Source: Eledone cirrhosa (taxonomy: Eukaryota). From it: DNA of 64,000 nt. The translations under genes were made by a program, and so were the position numbers. The notes beneath the pieces are model-generated. The model was not told where the DNA came from and made no database searches. It saw nothing but the letters and a program-made list of their open reading frames with translations. The stretch is from NCBI GenBank assembly GCA_964016885.1, contig OZ024740.1, positions 163,990,001 to 164,054,000 on the forward strand, written 5' to 3'. This document shows positions 42,850 to 55,873 of this stretch, piece after piece. Position 1 is the first letter of the stretch. The number at the start of each line of letters is the position of its first letter.

Positions 42850-45800
42850 AAATGGCGACCGTTGTGGTCAGTGTCCGATAATCGGACGTGTGTAATTACG
42901 GCTTACATGAAGGCAACATACCATATATTGGAAAAAGTTGAGCTACATTACGCGGTAAGATTACATACAATAATTCTACATAAGTGTTTGAACTGTAAGT
43001 GTGTTGTAAAACACCTATTTATATGAACGATACATACACTTATGATATATGAACGATACATACACTTTAACATATAAATGCAACGTTGTTATATTACATT
43101 TATAAAGAAATATACAAGTAACGTTTTCGATTCAGAAACAAAAACATAAGTGTTTGAACTGTGAATATGTTGTGAATAAGTTGTAGAACACCTATTTACA
43201 TGAATGATACATAAACTTTAACATATAAATACAGCGTTGTTATATTATATTACATTCATAAAGAAATATACTGAGTAACGGTTCTTTTTGTTCTCGATTC
43301 AAACGATTCAAGAACAACGTTTAAAACACAGTTGTAGAATTAAAAAACTAACTGAAAAGAAATATTACCCAAGCTGTGAATAACTTTAAATTTGATTCTG
43401 ACAGAACTTTGTCGAAACTTTTAAAGAAGATCATCGACTATTTTGAAAAATAAATACGAAATATTAGTGAATAGACGAACTCATCATGGCAGAAAGTACA
43501 AGTCTCCTTCGACCAAATCGCAACTATAACCGTTGTATACAGTGGAGTTACGAGCTTAACAAAGTATTATATGAAGCATACAAACAATCTGAACCCCAAA
43601 AGTTCGGTTTTATGCAAAGGCTAAAAACTTTATGGAACTCCAAACACCCAGAATTAGACTTTTCTTCAAAGCATTTAAATGAACAGGCAAAACGTATCAT
43701 TAGATGTAAATTGATACATCTAACGGAATTGAGTGATACTACAAATACAGCCCTTGTAGACAACCACCCCACCTCCACTGACAGACAAAGAGAATGGCCA
43801 GCTAAATCTAACAGTGAACAGCTCACCAACAATTTTGCTGAAATCCATCCCACTTCCACTGAAGAACAGCGAGAAAGGTCAGCTAACTCTAGTAATAATT
43901 GTCACAGCATCAACAACGAGGCTGAAATTCATGACTCTACTGAACAAACAGAGCACCAAAACTTGTGGACACCCTACAAGTGATATGGAACGATATGTTT
44001 CAAGAGATACACAGCCTTAATGTGAGTGACAGACCATACAACACTAGAATCAGTAAAGAACACACTAAATTGGAATTGGAAGCGGTGAACGAAATAGCTG
44101 GCAATTATCTGAAGGCTATACGATCTAAAGGTGTAGAAACGACATTTGAAACGCTTAATGTTTTGTTATATGTTTCAGCTGTCACATTGCTATCATATAA
44201 CACACATCTAAAACCACGCAATCAAGATACAAACAGAAAGCCTGAACTAGTGTGGATGCGAAATTTAAAAACCAAAATTTTGTCCCTGAGACGAAGTATC
44301 TCACACATCGCAGTCGTTATGAAATGCAACATAGAGAGCAACTTCACACGACACCAGGAAGACCTAAAGAAAAAGTTAGATAGACGATTTGGAGATACAA
44401 AATTTAAAACTTTGAACTCCAAATTACACCAGTTGAAACAACAACTCACAGCTACAACAGAAAGACTAAAATATAAGTCAACAGCACATAAACGACAAGT
44501 GCTAAATAGATTGTTTGCCAGAGATCCTAAATCAGTTTATCGCAGCTTCGGTGGCAAAAGCTCAATCCCTGTAAACGACATCCCTTCAAAAGAACAGCTT
44601 GAGTGCTACTGGAGATCTGTATGGGAAACGGATGACGGATTCAACAGACAAGCTAATTGGCTAAAAGAACTGGAACAGGACTACTGCCAACATGTCCAGA
44701 CAAAACAATATGACATAGATGGGTCAATACTGGAAACAGCTCTACAGAAAATGTCGAATAGGAAATCGCCAGGCCCAGACCTCATTACAGGATCCTGGTT
44801 GAAGAATTTCACTTTCTATCGGCAAGATCTCATACGGCTGTTTACAGAAACCATTAAAGGCACACAAGAACTGCCCAGATGGTTATCAATTGCCACTACT
44901 CTCCTCATTCCCCAAAATAGGCAAACCACCCTTGCTAAAAATTACCGCCCAATTGCCTGCCAAAACATCATGTATAAATTATATACTGGGTGCCTTAACC
45001 TGTTCTTACAGGATCACTGTGCTACCAACAACATCATAACATCTGAGCAAGCTGGTGGAAAGAGGGAGGTGTGGGGTTGCATAGATCACCTACTAACTAA
45101 CAAAATGATTCAGGAAAAAACAACAAAGAATCGCAGAAACATGACTGTCGTGTGGCTGGACTATCAAAAAGCATTTGATAGTGTACCTCATGGGTGGATT
45201 ATTAAGGCTTTACAGTTAGCTAAAGTCCCACAACCATTGGTAGCTGCTGTTGAACGCCTGACCAAGAACTGGTACACCAATTTGATCCTTAGAGGTGAGA
45301 AGGAGCAGGTTAAGACTGATAAGATACATTACCAGAAGGGCATCTTTCAGGGTGATAGCTTGTCAGTGCTACTCTTCGTTCTCTCACTGAATCCACTATC
45401 TTACCTACTCAGGAAGCAAGGTTGACAAAGAAGTGGGCCCAGAAGTATCTCCCATCTTTTCTTTGTTGATGACCTGAAGTTGTATGGGCCAAATATCAAT
45501 GACATCAAGAAACAATTGGACCTCATTACACAATTTTCAACCGACATCAAAATGAAATTTGGTGAGTCCAAGTGTGCATATTTGGCAGTAAAACGTGGAA
45601 GAGCTGTGCCCTCCTCTAGAAATCTAGAGATGAACGGCCTGACAATACAACCTCTGCAGTCAGGTGACAACTACAGATATCTTGAACAGGATGAGAATGT
45701 CAGATATGATGGACCCATAAATAAGGAGAGAACCAGAACTGAAAATACCTCAGAAGAGTAAAGAAAATATGGTCATCAGAACTGTCAGCATACAACAAAT

Positions 45801-47074
45801 ACATTGCCCACAATACTTATGCTGTGCCAATTCTAACGCCAACATTTGGCCTGCTGAACTGGTCATTGCAAGAACTAAGTGAGATGGATGTTAGAACTCG
45901 AAAACTTCTCAGTGTTACTGGCAACTTTAACATCAATGGTGATGTGGATAGGCTATACTTCTCACGCAAGGAAGGTGGCCGGGGTCTAAAATCAATATTA
46001 ACAACATATGAGACCCGGATAGTAACACTGAAGCAACACTTTCAACAGAGGAAAAAGGTTGGCAACCATCTTGCCCAGGTTTATGAGCATGAAAAAAGAA
46101 ATATCATTAGAATAGCGACTGATCTGGAGGAGAGATATGGAATAAAGCCTGATATAAATCTCTCACCCAGAGAAATCGGAAGATCATATTCAATGTTCAA
46201 ACAAGATAAAAAAATTGACCTATTTACAGAAAAAGTTGTGCATGGATACTTGAGGCGTAAAACACAGACCATAGAGGGGATAAACCACTCAAAAAGCCTG
46301 GCATGGAGTTCCGACAAGTTTATGACATCACACCTTGAGGGATATCTCTATGCAATACAGGATCAAGAACTCCCTGCCAAATATCTGCTGCACAAAAGAG
46401 GAGGGCCAGCAGCTGACAATAAATGTAGGCTATGTAAAACAAAGATCGAGGATGTAAGCCACATTGTTGCCAGCTGCGAAAGAATGTCATCTCGCTACTA
46501 CCTCCCCATGAGACACGATGGGATAGCTACAACCATCTGGAACGCACTTCGGAAAACAAAATTAACAACAAACGAGGAAGAATATATTGAGACAGATGGC
46601 ACTAAGGAATACTGGTGGAACCTGAAAATAAAAACTGCCACCAAATTAAAGCACAACCGGCCTGATATTGTTGTTTGGGACCACACATTGAAAACGTGTT
46701 CTGTTGTGGAGATCAGCTGCCCACTTGATGTAAACGTTGTCAGAAAAATACAGGAGAAGGAGGACATCTACGGACCATTGATGAGGAGTTTACAAATCCA
46801 GTATCCAAGATACACCTTTAGCTTCATACCCATCATTATTGGAGCTACGGGTTATATACCAACCCGCTTGGACCAAAGTATGACTGAACTTGGATTTGCG
46901 AACAAAAAGCGCAGCTCCCTAATTCCTAGTCTACAAATGGCTGCGATAGCTGGCACCTTCAAAATTTGCAAAACATTCTTGCGATTCAAGGGATAACAAT
47001 TTCTTTTCTTTTACAACCTTGCCACCAGGAAGGTGGCCGGTCAAAAAAATATACTCGAAATTAAGAGAAAGAGA

Positions 47075-47076
<2 letters not shown>
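42850..47076 (+). mobile_element. full-length but disabled R4/Dong-type retrotransposon, family A
   Basis: Colinear with 51445-55444. Lesions: 1-nt deletion near 43960, CGA to TGA at 45423, 2-nt insertion near 45743. (CATA)n on both sides. Confidence 0.95.
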
Positions 47077-47105
<29 letters not shown>

Positions 47106-47142
47106 CATACATACATACATACATACATTCATACATACATAC

Positions 47143-47400
47143 ATGGTGGCCTCTGGCAACCGAAGCCAAGCTCATTGCCTTCCTGTGGTGGAAATGTTTG
47201 AAACTGACAAGGAGAAGACGAAAAGGTGAGTTACTGGCGCCTTAAGATCAGTTGCTCCAAGTAGACGGAACTTGTCAGCCTTGGGTGACTGTCATATAGG
47301 AGAAGGGCCACTCTTAATTCAAAACTGAGGTAGATAGGACACCTTAGTCATAATCATGACAACCCATCTGCGCTTGGGAACTCGGAAACCTTTTTGTTGG
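47143..47400 (+). mobile_element. RTE-like 5' UTR fragment
   Basis: gttgctccaagtagacggaacttgtcagccttggg..taggagaagggccactcttaattcaaaac resembles the recalled RTE/BovB 5' UTR motif. Confidence 0.45.
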
Positions 47401-48040
47401 TATCAGGATGCGCATTATGTCCACTGGGTGTCAAGGACATCAATATAAACGATTGAAGAAGAGAAGCAGCGCGATAATATTAAACGCAAACATATTCCTA
47501 AATATATGTCAGCAAGATTTGATTGGGTACAAAAGTATTTCAAAGGGAATTTCTGTAATCTCTATACATTTTTGTTTTGTTTCACTTCTATTTGCTTAGC
47601 TGATAAATTAATGCTTAAGAAAGACACACGCCACTGAGAAGGTAGATATTGAGTGTTGCTTGTTCATTTTGAAATGTTCTCTTCTGTTGACACAGGTTAT
47701 GAAAACAGCGAAGTTTTTGGTGCAACTGTAGTTTACCATATTAAAGATCTTATATCTACAGTGTACGGATTTCATGTAAAATTGGATATTTAAATATGCT
47801 AATGAACACTTTACTATCAGAATCTATTATGTGGCCATTCAAATGTTGTGAAAAGAATAGTTTATTATCATCGTAGAGACCGAAATATGCCTAACGGAAT
47901 CTGTTTCTCAATAAATCTAAGACATACAATCCTATCAATTCACAAACCCCAGCTCCATTATACAATTTCATGGCTATATCAAACAATCCGAGTGCATTAC
48001 ATTTAACCGAAAATAGCAAAGATTTCCTACCAAGCATGAT

Positions 48041-48222
48041 AATTGTTTCTACATTTGGCACAAGGCCAGCAATTACCTCAGTGCATTACTGGTGCTTTAT
48101 TTTATCAAGCTCGTAAGGATGAAAGGCAAAACTAACCTCGGTGGGATTTGAACTCAGAACATAAAGGGCCATAGCTCTATGGTGCAAAGCATGGCGTCCG
48201 ACCCTCTACTGATACTGCCAAT
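48041..48222 (-). mobile_element. tRNA-derived SINE
   Basis: Same family as 19195. Confidence 0.85.
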
Positions 48223-48473
48223 CCTACCAAACATAAAAATATTGTCAGAACCAATAACTGAAATAAAACCTCGAATGGTTCTTAAATAAGGGACTCGGTT
48301 GTAGGCGGATAGAACTCTAATACATCGAACTTGATACATTTACAAAAATACTTATTATCTACGTTACTGAACAATTTGTTAATTAATAAACTATTATTAC
48401 GTTTCGGAAGAGAAGTCAACTTTTTAACATTAACAATGCTGGAATTTTAAATATCTTTTATTGAATTTTTCCA

Positions 48474-48557
<84 letters not shown>

Positions 48558-48653
48558 ACTATCTATCTGTCTATCTATCTGTTTGATAGCCTCTCTGTCT
48601 ATGTTTCTGTCTATTTGTCTATATATTTGTCTGTCAGTTTGCTTATCTGTCTG

Positions 48654-48723
<70 letters not shown>

Positions 48724-48754
48724 CCTATCTATTTCTTTCTTTTGCTCCCTCTCG

Positions 48755-48809
<55 letters not shown>

Positions 48810-48841
48810 CAGACACACACACACTAATACAGACACACACA

Positions 48842-48882
<41 letters not shown>

Positions 48883-49327
48883 ACACACGCACACACACAT
48901 ACACACACACTCATATATATATATAAATATACATACGTAGGTAAATATATAGTGTGAGATAGAGAACATAATTTCATAGAAAATCCGAAAACAGATATAA
49001 TATAACTAGAGGAGAATTTGAAGTTAAACGAAAAATATAGAGTTCATAATAGAAGAACGAAAATTGAATAAATATTTAAGTGCCATGCTGGCTAGCTTAC
49101 TGGCGGGCAAGCTGGTTGTCTAGCTAACTGAATGGCTGACTGGCTGGGCATAGGAATAGTCGATAAATAGACAAAAACAGATAGACTAACAGGCGAATGA
49201 AAGTGAATAAACTTCGTTTCGTATCGATATGAATATATTCACACACACACAGGATATATATATATATGTATTTCTTCAACTGATATATACATTCATATAC
49301 GTACTCAGACACACACACACATATATG

Positions 49328-49359
<32 letters not shown>

Positions 49360-49414
49360 TGTATGTATGTATGTATGTATGTATGTATGTATGTATGTAT
49401 GTATGTATGTATGT

Positions 49415-51362
49415 TCTTCTGGTTTTATAATTTCACAAAGTTTTCCCAATAGAGAGAGAGTCGGTTTCTAACATAGACACAAGACTCTCTCATTGGAATT
49501 TACACAACATCAACTAGGTAGATATGTATTTATGTTTGCATGCATGCATGTGTAGATATGGATGTTATTGTATGTGTGGATGTGTATGTTTTGAGTTGTA
49601 TGTGTGCATGTGTATATGCTTTGTATCTGTACATGTGTATATGCAGTTATTAGATGCAAAATCTTTGGAATGTTTTACATATTTTTACTGTTCCATAATG
49701 GATTGTACTTGTAATTTCCTAACTAGTTGTGTTCTTTCTGTTCCAGCTTCTCAAGATTTGTATTGAGGCAGTTACTAACATATCCCAGTGCCCCAATAAT
49801 CACAGGCATAAATCTGAAGGTGTAATCAGGGTGGAGTATCTGCAGATTTCTCATCAGTTCTGCATAAATATTCTCCTTTTCACTAATCTTTGATATTATA
49901 TTGGCATCTGCTGGGCAGCTAATTTACACTACTGTGCATGTTTTCTTCTCCCTGTCCCATATCATAATATCTGGTTTGTTATGCCTGCATTTTATTGGGG
50001 TTTTTACTGGAACATTCTACCAGTATTTTTTCATATTATGTACATGGATGTCTTCCACATTGTTGTAGCTTTTAATGTGTTTATTATCGGGGCTATCTTT
50101 TTTACGAACTGCATTGTACAGTATACTGTTACCAAACATCGTCTCTATTTTATTTTTCACTCTTTGTTAGTGAGGAATGAGGTTTTTGTGTGTTTGTTTG
50201 CATGCAAGGAGCATTATCACATGTCCTATGTTTTTTCCTATGTCAGCACTCTTTTTTTCTATTTTAGTTATATATGATGGTATTTTTGGTGGTGTTTTGT
50301 TCTTGTTAATATTTCTGCTATCACCAAGATAATGCTTCACTTTCATTGCTAAGGCATATAAACAGGCGTTGATTTGCCAAAATGTTGGGGTTTTTATCCG
50401 TCGTAAATATTCATCCCCTATTTCGTCAATAACACGTAGTATTTCATTATTTGGTTTTTTATTCACCATTGTCATTTTAACACGTTCAGCCAGAGAGATA
50501 TTTATACATGAGTTAATTTCTCTCTGGAAGATTTGGTTGAGGGAAATTTTCAATTGTTTATACTTTTGATTATCATTATCGATAGTATTTTCCACAACAG
50601 TCGAGGTAGACTCGGATGGTATACGTGGTGTCACATTTATTCGATTATTATTATTATTTCTTCGATTATTATATCGATAGTGTTTTCCCCAGCATTCGAG
50701 GTAGACTTAGATGGTACAGGTGGTGTCAAGTTTCTTACAGGCATAGTTGTTTCAAGGCGCTGTTCGACCTGGCTGCTAGGAAGTCTAGTAGCATGGCGAT
50801 CTGAAGCACGTGTTGTTGATTCCATGTTTGTTGTGGGGGACTTACAATTAATAATATTTATCTTATTTTTACGTTCAACAAACGTCGCTTGTTGGCGTAA
50901 TTGTTTCGCTGGGAAATAATTTAGCTCTGGGTGCATTTCGTCCCAGTGTAACTTCATTCTATTCATATAGCCAATGGAGGGATTGTTTTTTGCCATTTTA
51001 TAACAATTAAATAAATCATTATTAAGTTCGCAACTCCAAGAGAAATGCGATTTATGATTTCGGTTTCTTCTGTAGCTACAACTGAATAAAGTTTGATTAC
51101 CTTCCTTGTTATTTGTCTTCGATACTTCCTTAATTTTCTTGTTGATGTTGTGTTCAGCAAATCCTTGTAAAATGAATTATGTATTTAGTCGGATATCTCT
51201 ACGAATTCGAATAAAAGGTGTCTTCAGAAGGGATAGTTAGAAGAATAAGCAGTTATTCAACCTGACTGTAGTTGTGGCATTACTGTCGGAGATAGTATTC
51301 ATCTTAAATTTAATAAATAGTCTCCCACGCCAAAATATGCGACTGATCGCGTTGACTGATGG

Positions 51363-51363
<1 letters not shown>
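49415..51363 (-). mobile_element. internally deleted Dong-type family B element (both ends kept, RT and CCHC lost)
   Basis: N-terminal motif GYMNRMKLHWDEMHPEL..KQLRQQA and a region homologous to the family A N-terminus are joined near 50123 to the REL and 3' UTR. TATG flanks. Confidence 0.85.
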
Positions 51364-51393
<30 letters not shown>

Positions 51394-51444
51394 TGTATGT
51401 ATGTATGTATGTATGTATGTATGTATGTATGTATGTATGTATGT

Positions 51445-54400
51445 TTTCTCTTTCTCTTAATTTTGAGTATATTTTTTGACCGGTCACCTTCCTGGTGGCA
51501 AGGTTGTAAAAGAAAAGAAATTGTCATCCCTTGAATCGCAAGAATGTTTTGCAAATTTTGAAGGTGCCAGCTATCGCAGCCATTTGTAGACTATGAATTA
51601 GGGAGCTGCGCTTTTTGTCCGCAAATCCAAGTTCAGTCATACTTTGGTCCAAGCGGGTTGGTATATAACCCGTAGCACCAATAATGATGGGTATGAAGCT
51701 AAAGGTGTATCTTGGATACTGGATTTGTAAACTCCTCATCAATGGTCCGTAGATGTCCTCCTTCTCCTGTATTTTTCTGACAACGTTTACATTAAGTGGG
51801 CAGCTGATCTCCACAACAGAACACGTTTTCAATGTGTGGTCCCAAACTACAATATCAGGCCGGTTGTGCTTTAATTTGGTGGCAGTTTTTATTTTCAGGT
51901 TCCACCAGTATTCCTTAGTGCCATCTGTCTCAATATATTCTTCCTCGTTTGTTGTTGATTTTGTTTTCCGAAGTGCGTTCCAGATGGTTCTAGCTATCCC
52001 ATCGTGTCTCATGGGGAGGTAGTAGCGAGATGACATTCTTTCGCAGCTGGCAACAATGTGGCTTACATCCTCGATCTTTGTTTTACATAGCCTACATTTA
52101 TTGTCAGCTGCTGGCCCTCCTCTTTTGTGCAGCAGATATTTGGTAGGGAGTTCTTGTTCCTGTATTGCATAGAGATATCCCTCAAGGTGTGATGTCATAA
52201 ACTTGTCGGAACTCCATGCCAGGCTTTTTGAGTGGTTTATCCCCTCTATGGTCTGTGTTTTACGCCTCAAGTATCCATGCACAACTTTTTCTGTAAATTG
52301 GTCAATTTTTTTTTCTTGTTTGAACATTGAATAGGATCTTCCGATTTCTCTGGGTGAGAGATTTATATCGGGCTTTATTCCATATCTCTCCTCCAGATCA
52401 GTCGCTATTCTAATGATATTTCTTTTTTCATGGTCATAAACCTGGGCAAGATGGTTGCCAACCTTTTTCCTCTGTTGAAGGTGTTGCTTCAGTGTCACTA
52501 TCCGGGTCTCATATGTTGTTAATATTGATTTTAGACCCCGGCCACCTTCCTTGCGTGAGAAGTATAGCCTATCCACATCACCATTGATGTTAAAGTTCCC
52601 AGTAACACTGAGAAGTTTTCGAGTTCTAACATCCATCTCACTTAGTTCTTGCAACGACCAGTTCAGTAGGCCAAATGTTGGCGTTAGAATTGGCACAGCA
52701 TAAGTATTGTGGGCAATGTATTTGTTGTATGCTGACAGTTCTGATGACCATATTTTCTTTACTCTTCTGAGGTATTCAGTTCTGGTTCTCTCCTTATTTA
52801 TGGGTCCATCATATCTGACATTCTCATCCTGTCCAAGATATCTGTAGTTGTCACCTGACTGCAGAGGTTGTATTGTCAGGCCGTTCATCTCTAGATTTCT
52901 AGAGGAGGGCACAGCTCTTCCACGTTTTACTGCCAAATATGCACACTTGGACTCACCAAATTTCATTTTGATGTCGGTTGAAAATTGTGTAATGAGGTCC
53001 AATTGTTTCTTGATGTCATTGATATTTGGCCCATACAACTTCAGGTCATCAACAAAGAAAAGATGGGAGATACTTTTGGTCCCACTTCTTTGTCGACCTT
53101 GTTTCCTGAGTAGGTAAGATAGTGGATTCAGTGAGAGAACGAAGAGTAGCACTGACAAGCTATCACCCTGAAAGATGCCCTTCTGGTAATGTATCTTATC
53201 AGTCTTAACCTGCTCCTTCTCACCTCTAAGGATCAAACTGGTGTACCAGTTCTTGGTCAGGCGTTCAACAGCAGCTACCAATGGTTGTGGGACTTTAGCT
53301 AACTGTAAAGCCTTAACAATCCACCCATGAGGTACACTATCAAATGCTTTTTGATAGTCCAGCCACACGACAGTCATGTTTCTGCGATTCTTTGTTGTTT
53401 TTTCCTGAATCATTTTGTTAGTTAGTAGGTGATCTATGCAACCCCACACCTCCCTCTTTCCACCAGCTTGCTCAGGTGTTATAATGTTGTTGGTAGCACA
53501 GTGATCCTGTAAGAACAGGTTAAGGCACCCAGTATATAATTTATACATGATGTTTTGGCAGGCAATTGGGCGGTAATTTTTAGCAAGGGTGGTTTGGCTA
53601 TTTTTGGGAATGAGGAGAGTAGAGGCAGTTGATAACCATCTGGGCAGTTCTTGTGTGCCCTTAATGGTTTCTGTAAACAGCCGTATGAGATCTTGCCGAT
53701 AGAAAGTGAAATTCTTCAACCAGTATCCGGTAATGAGGTCTGGGCCTGGCGATTTCCTATTCGACATTTTCTGTAGAGCTGTTTCCAGTATTGACCCATC
53801 TATGTCATATTGTTTTGTCTGGACATGTTGGCAGTAGTCCTGTTCCAGTTCTTTTAGCCAATTAGCTTGTCTGTTGAATCCGTCATCCGTTTCCCATACA
53901 GATCTCCAGTAGCTCTCAACCTGTTCTTTTGAAGGGGTGTCATTTACAGAGATTGAGCTTTTGCCACCGAAGCTGCGATAAACTGATTTAGGATCTCTGG
54001 CAAACAATCTATTTAGCACTTGTCGTTTATGTGCTGTTGACTTATATTTTAGTCTTTCTGTTGTAGCTGTGAGTTGTTGTTTCAACTGGTGTAATTTGGA
54101 GTTCAAAGTTTTAAATTTTGTATCTCCAAATCTTCTCTCTAACTTTTTCTTTAGGTCTTCCTGGTGTTGTGTGAAGTTGCTCTCTATGTTGCATTTCATA
54201 ACGACTGCGATGTGTGAGATACTTCGTCTCAGGGACAAAATTTTGGTTTTTAAATTTTGCATCCACGCTGGTTCAGGCTTTCTGTTTGTATCTTGATTGC
54301 GTGGTTTTAGATGTGTGTTATATGCTAGCAATGTGACAGCTGAAACATATAACAAAACATTAAGCGTTTCAAATGTCGTTTCTACACCTTTAGATCGTAT

Positions 54401-55444
54401 AGCCTTCAGATAATTGCCAGCTATTTCGTTCACCGCTTCCAATTCCAATTTAGTGGGTTCTTTACTGACTCTAGTGTTGTATGGTCTGTCACTCACATTA
54501 AGGCTGTGTATCTCTTGAAACATATCATTCCATATCACTTGTAGGGAGCCCACAAGTTTTTGGTGCTCTGTTTGTTCAGTAGAGTCATGAATTTCAGCCT
54601 CGTTGTTGATGTGGTGACAATTACTACTAGAGTCAGCTGACCTTTCTCGCTGTTCTTCAGTGGAAGTGGGATGAATTTCAGCAAAATTGTTGGTGAGCTG
54701 TTCACTGTTAGATTTAGCTGGCCATTCCCTTTGTCTGTCAGTGGAGGTGGGGTGGTTGTCTACAAGGGCTGTATTTGTAGTATCACTCGATTCCGTTAGA
54801 TGTATCAATTTACATCTAATGATACGTTTTGCCTGTTCATTTAAATGCTTTGGAGAAAAGTCTAATTCTGGGTGTTTGGAGTTCCATAAAGTTTTTAGCC
54901 TTTGCATAAAACCGAACTTTTGGGGCTCAGATTGTTTGTATGCTTCATATAATACTTTGTTAAGCTCGTAGGTCCACTGTATACAACGGTTGTAATTGCG
55001 ATTTGGTCGAAGGAGACTTGTACTTTTTGCCATGATGAGTTCGTCTATTCACTAATATTTCGTATTTATTTTTCAAAATAGTCGATGATCTTCTTTAAAA
55101 GTTACGACAAAGTTCTGTCAGAATCAAATTTAAAGTTATTCACAGCTTGAGTAATATTTCTTTTCAGTTAGTTTTTAATTCTACAGCTGTGTTTTATATA
55201 AATGTAATATTTCTTTATAAATGTAATATAACAACGTTGCATTTATATGTTAAAGTGTATGTATCGTTCATATAAATAGGTGTTTTACAACACACTTACA
55301 GTTCAAACACTTATGTAGAATTATTGTATGTAATCTTACCGCGTAATGTAGCTCAACTTTTTCCAATATATGGTATGTTGCCTTCATGTAAGCCGTAATT
55401 ACACACGTCCGATTATCGGACACTGACCACAACGGTCGCCATTT
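51445..55444 (-). mobile_element. intact full-length R4/Dong-type non-LTR retrotransposon, family A
   Basis: ~410-bp 5' UTR starting aaatggcgacc, a single ORF and a ~80-bp 3' UTR. (TATG)n directly on both sides. Confidence 0.95.
51524..55033 (-). CDS. 1169-aa retrotransposon protein: RT, CCHC zinc knuckle and restriction-like endonuclease
   Basis: KSPGPD, NYRPIAC, WLDYQKAFDSVPH, GIFQGDSLS, HLFFVDDLKLY, YRYLG, GGRGL, CRLC..EDVSHIVASC, RHD, RPDIVVWD..VVEISCP..EKEDIY. No APE domain and no N-terminal C2H2. Confidence 0.95.
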   Translation of the reverse strand: MAKSTSLLRPNRNYNRCIQWTYELNKVLYEAYKQSEPQKFGFMQRLKTLWNSKHPELDFSPKHLNEQAKRIIRCKLIHLTESSDTTNTALVDNHPTSTDRQREWPAKSNSEQLTNNFAEIHPTSTEEQRERSADSSSNCHHINNEAEIHDSTEQTEHQKLVGSLQVIWNDMFQEIHSLNVSDRPYNTRVSKEPTKLELEAVNEIAGNYLKAIRSKGVETTFETLNVLLYVSAVTLLAYNTHLKPRNQDTNRKPEPAWMQNLKTKILSLRRSISHIAVVMKCNIESNFTQHQEDLKKKLERRFGDTKFKTLNSKLHQLKQQLTATTERLKYKSTAHKRQVLNRLFARDPKSVYRSFGGKSSISVNDTPSKEQVESYWRSVWETDDGFNRQANWLKELEQDYCQHVQTKQYDIDGSILETALQKMSNRKSPGPDLITGYWLKNFTFYRQDLIRLFTETIKGTQELPRWLSTASTLLIPKNSQTTLAKNYRPIACQNIMYKLYTGCLNLFLQDHCATNNIITPEQAGGKREVWGCIDHLLTNKMIQEKTTKNRRNMTVVWLDYQKAFDSVPHGWIVKALQLAKVPQPLVAAVERLTKNWYTSLILRGEKEQVKTDKIHYQKGIFQGDSLSVLLFVLSLNPLSYLLRKQGRQRSGTKSISHLFFVDDLKLYGPNINDIKKQLDLITQFSTDIKMKFGESKCAYLAVKRGRAVPSSRNLEMNGLTIQPLQSGDNYRYLGQDENVRYDGPINKERTRTEYLRRVKKIWSSELSAYNKYIAHNTYAVPILTPTFGLLNWSLQELSEMDVRTRKLLSVTGNFNINGDVDRLYFSRKEGGRGLKSILTTYETRIVTLKQHLQQRKKVGNHLAQVYDHEKRNIIRIATDLEERYGIKPDINLSPREIGRSYSMFKQEKKIDQFTEKVVHGYLRRKTQTIEGINHSKSLAWSSDKFMTSHLEGYLYAIQEQELPTKYLLHKRGGPAADNKCRLCKTKIEDVSHIVASCERMSSRYYLPMRHDGIARTIWNALRKTKSTTNEEEYIETDGTKEYWWNLKIKTATKLKHNRPDIVVWDHTLKTCSVVEISCPLNVNVVRKIQEKEDIYGPLMRSLQIQYPRYTFSFIPIIIGATGYIPTRLDQSMTELGFADKKRSSLIHSLQMAAIAGTFKICKTFLRFKG

Positions 55445-55478
<34 letters not shown>

Positions 55479-55527
55479 TGTATGTATGTATGTATGTATG
55501 TATGTATGTATGTATGTATGTATGTAT

Positions 55528-55560
<33 letters not shown>

Positions 55561-55582
55561 CATATATATGTGCATATATATA

Positions 55583-55652
<70 letters not shown>

Positions 55653-55656
<4 letters not shown>

Positions 55657-55766
55657 TTTTGCGAGGTTTTTTATATGAAATCGTGTGTCGAAACAGATAT
55701 TGTTATATTTGGGGAGGGTCATATTAATTCTGGCAATATTACGCAAATATGACCCTCCCCAAATAT

Positions 55767-55775
<9 letters not shown>
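55653..55775 (-). mobile_element. minimal member of the 'gttatacttggggagggtcata' fold-back family
   Basis: Tail 55653-55696, 29-bp arms at about 55697-55725 and 55747-55775, (TA)n flanks. Confidence 0.85.
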
Positions 55776-55822
<47 letters not shown>

Positions 55823-55873
55823 TTATAAAATAAAATAAATAACTCAAATATTTAAAATTTGGCTTCGTTTATT

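Noticed and set aside
40015-42850. CRISPR-like repeat/spacer appearance
   Set aside because: The units are near-identical ~600-bp elements separated by variable microsatellite, in a eukaryotic context with no cas genes.
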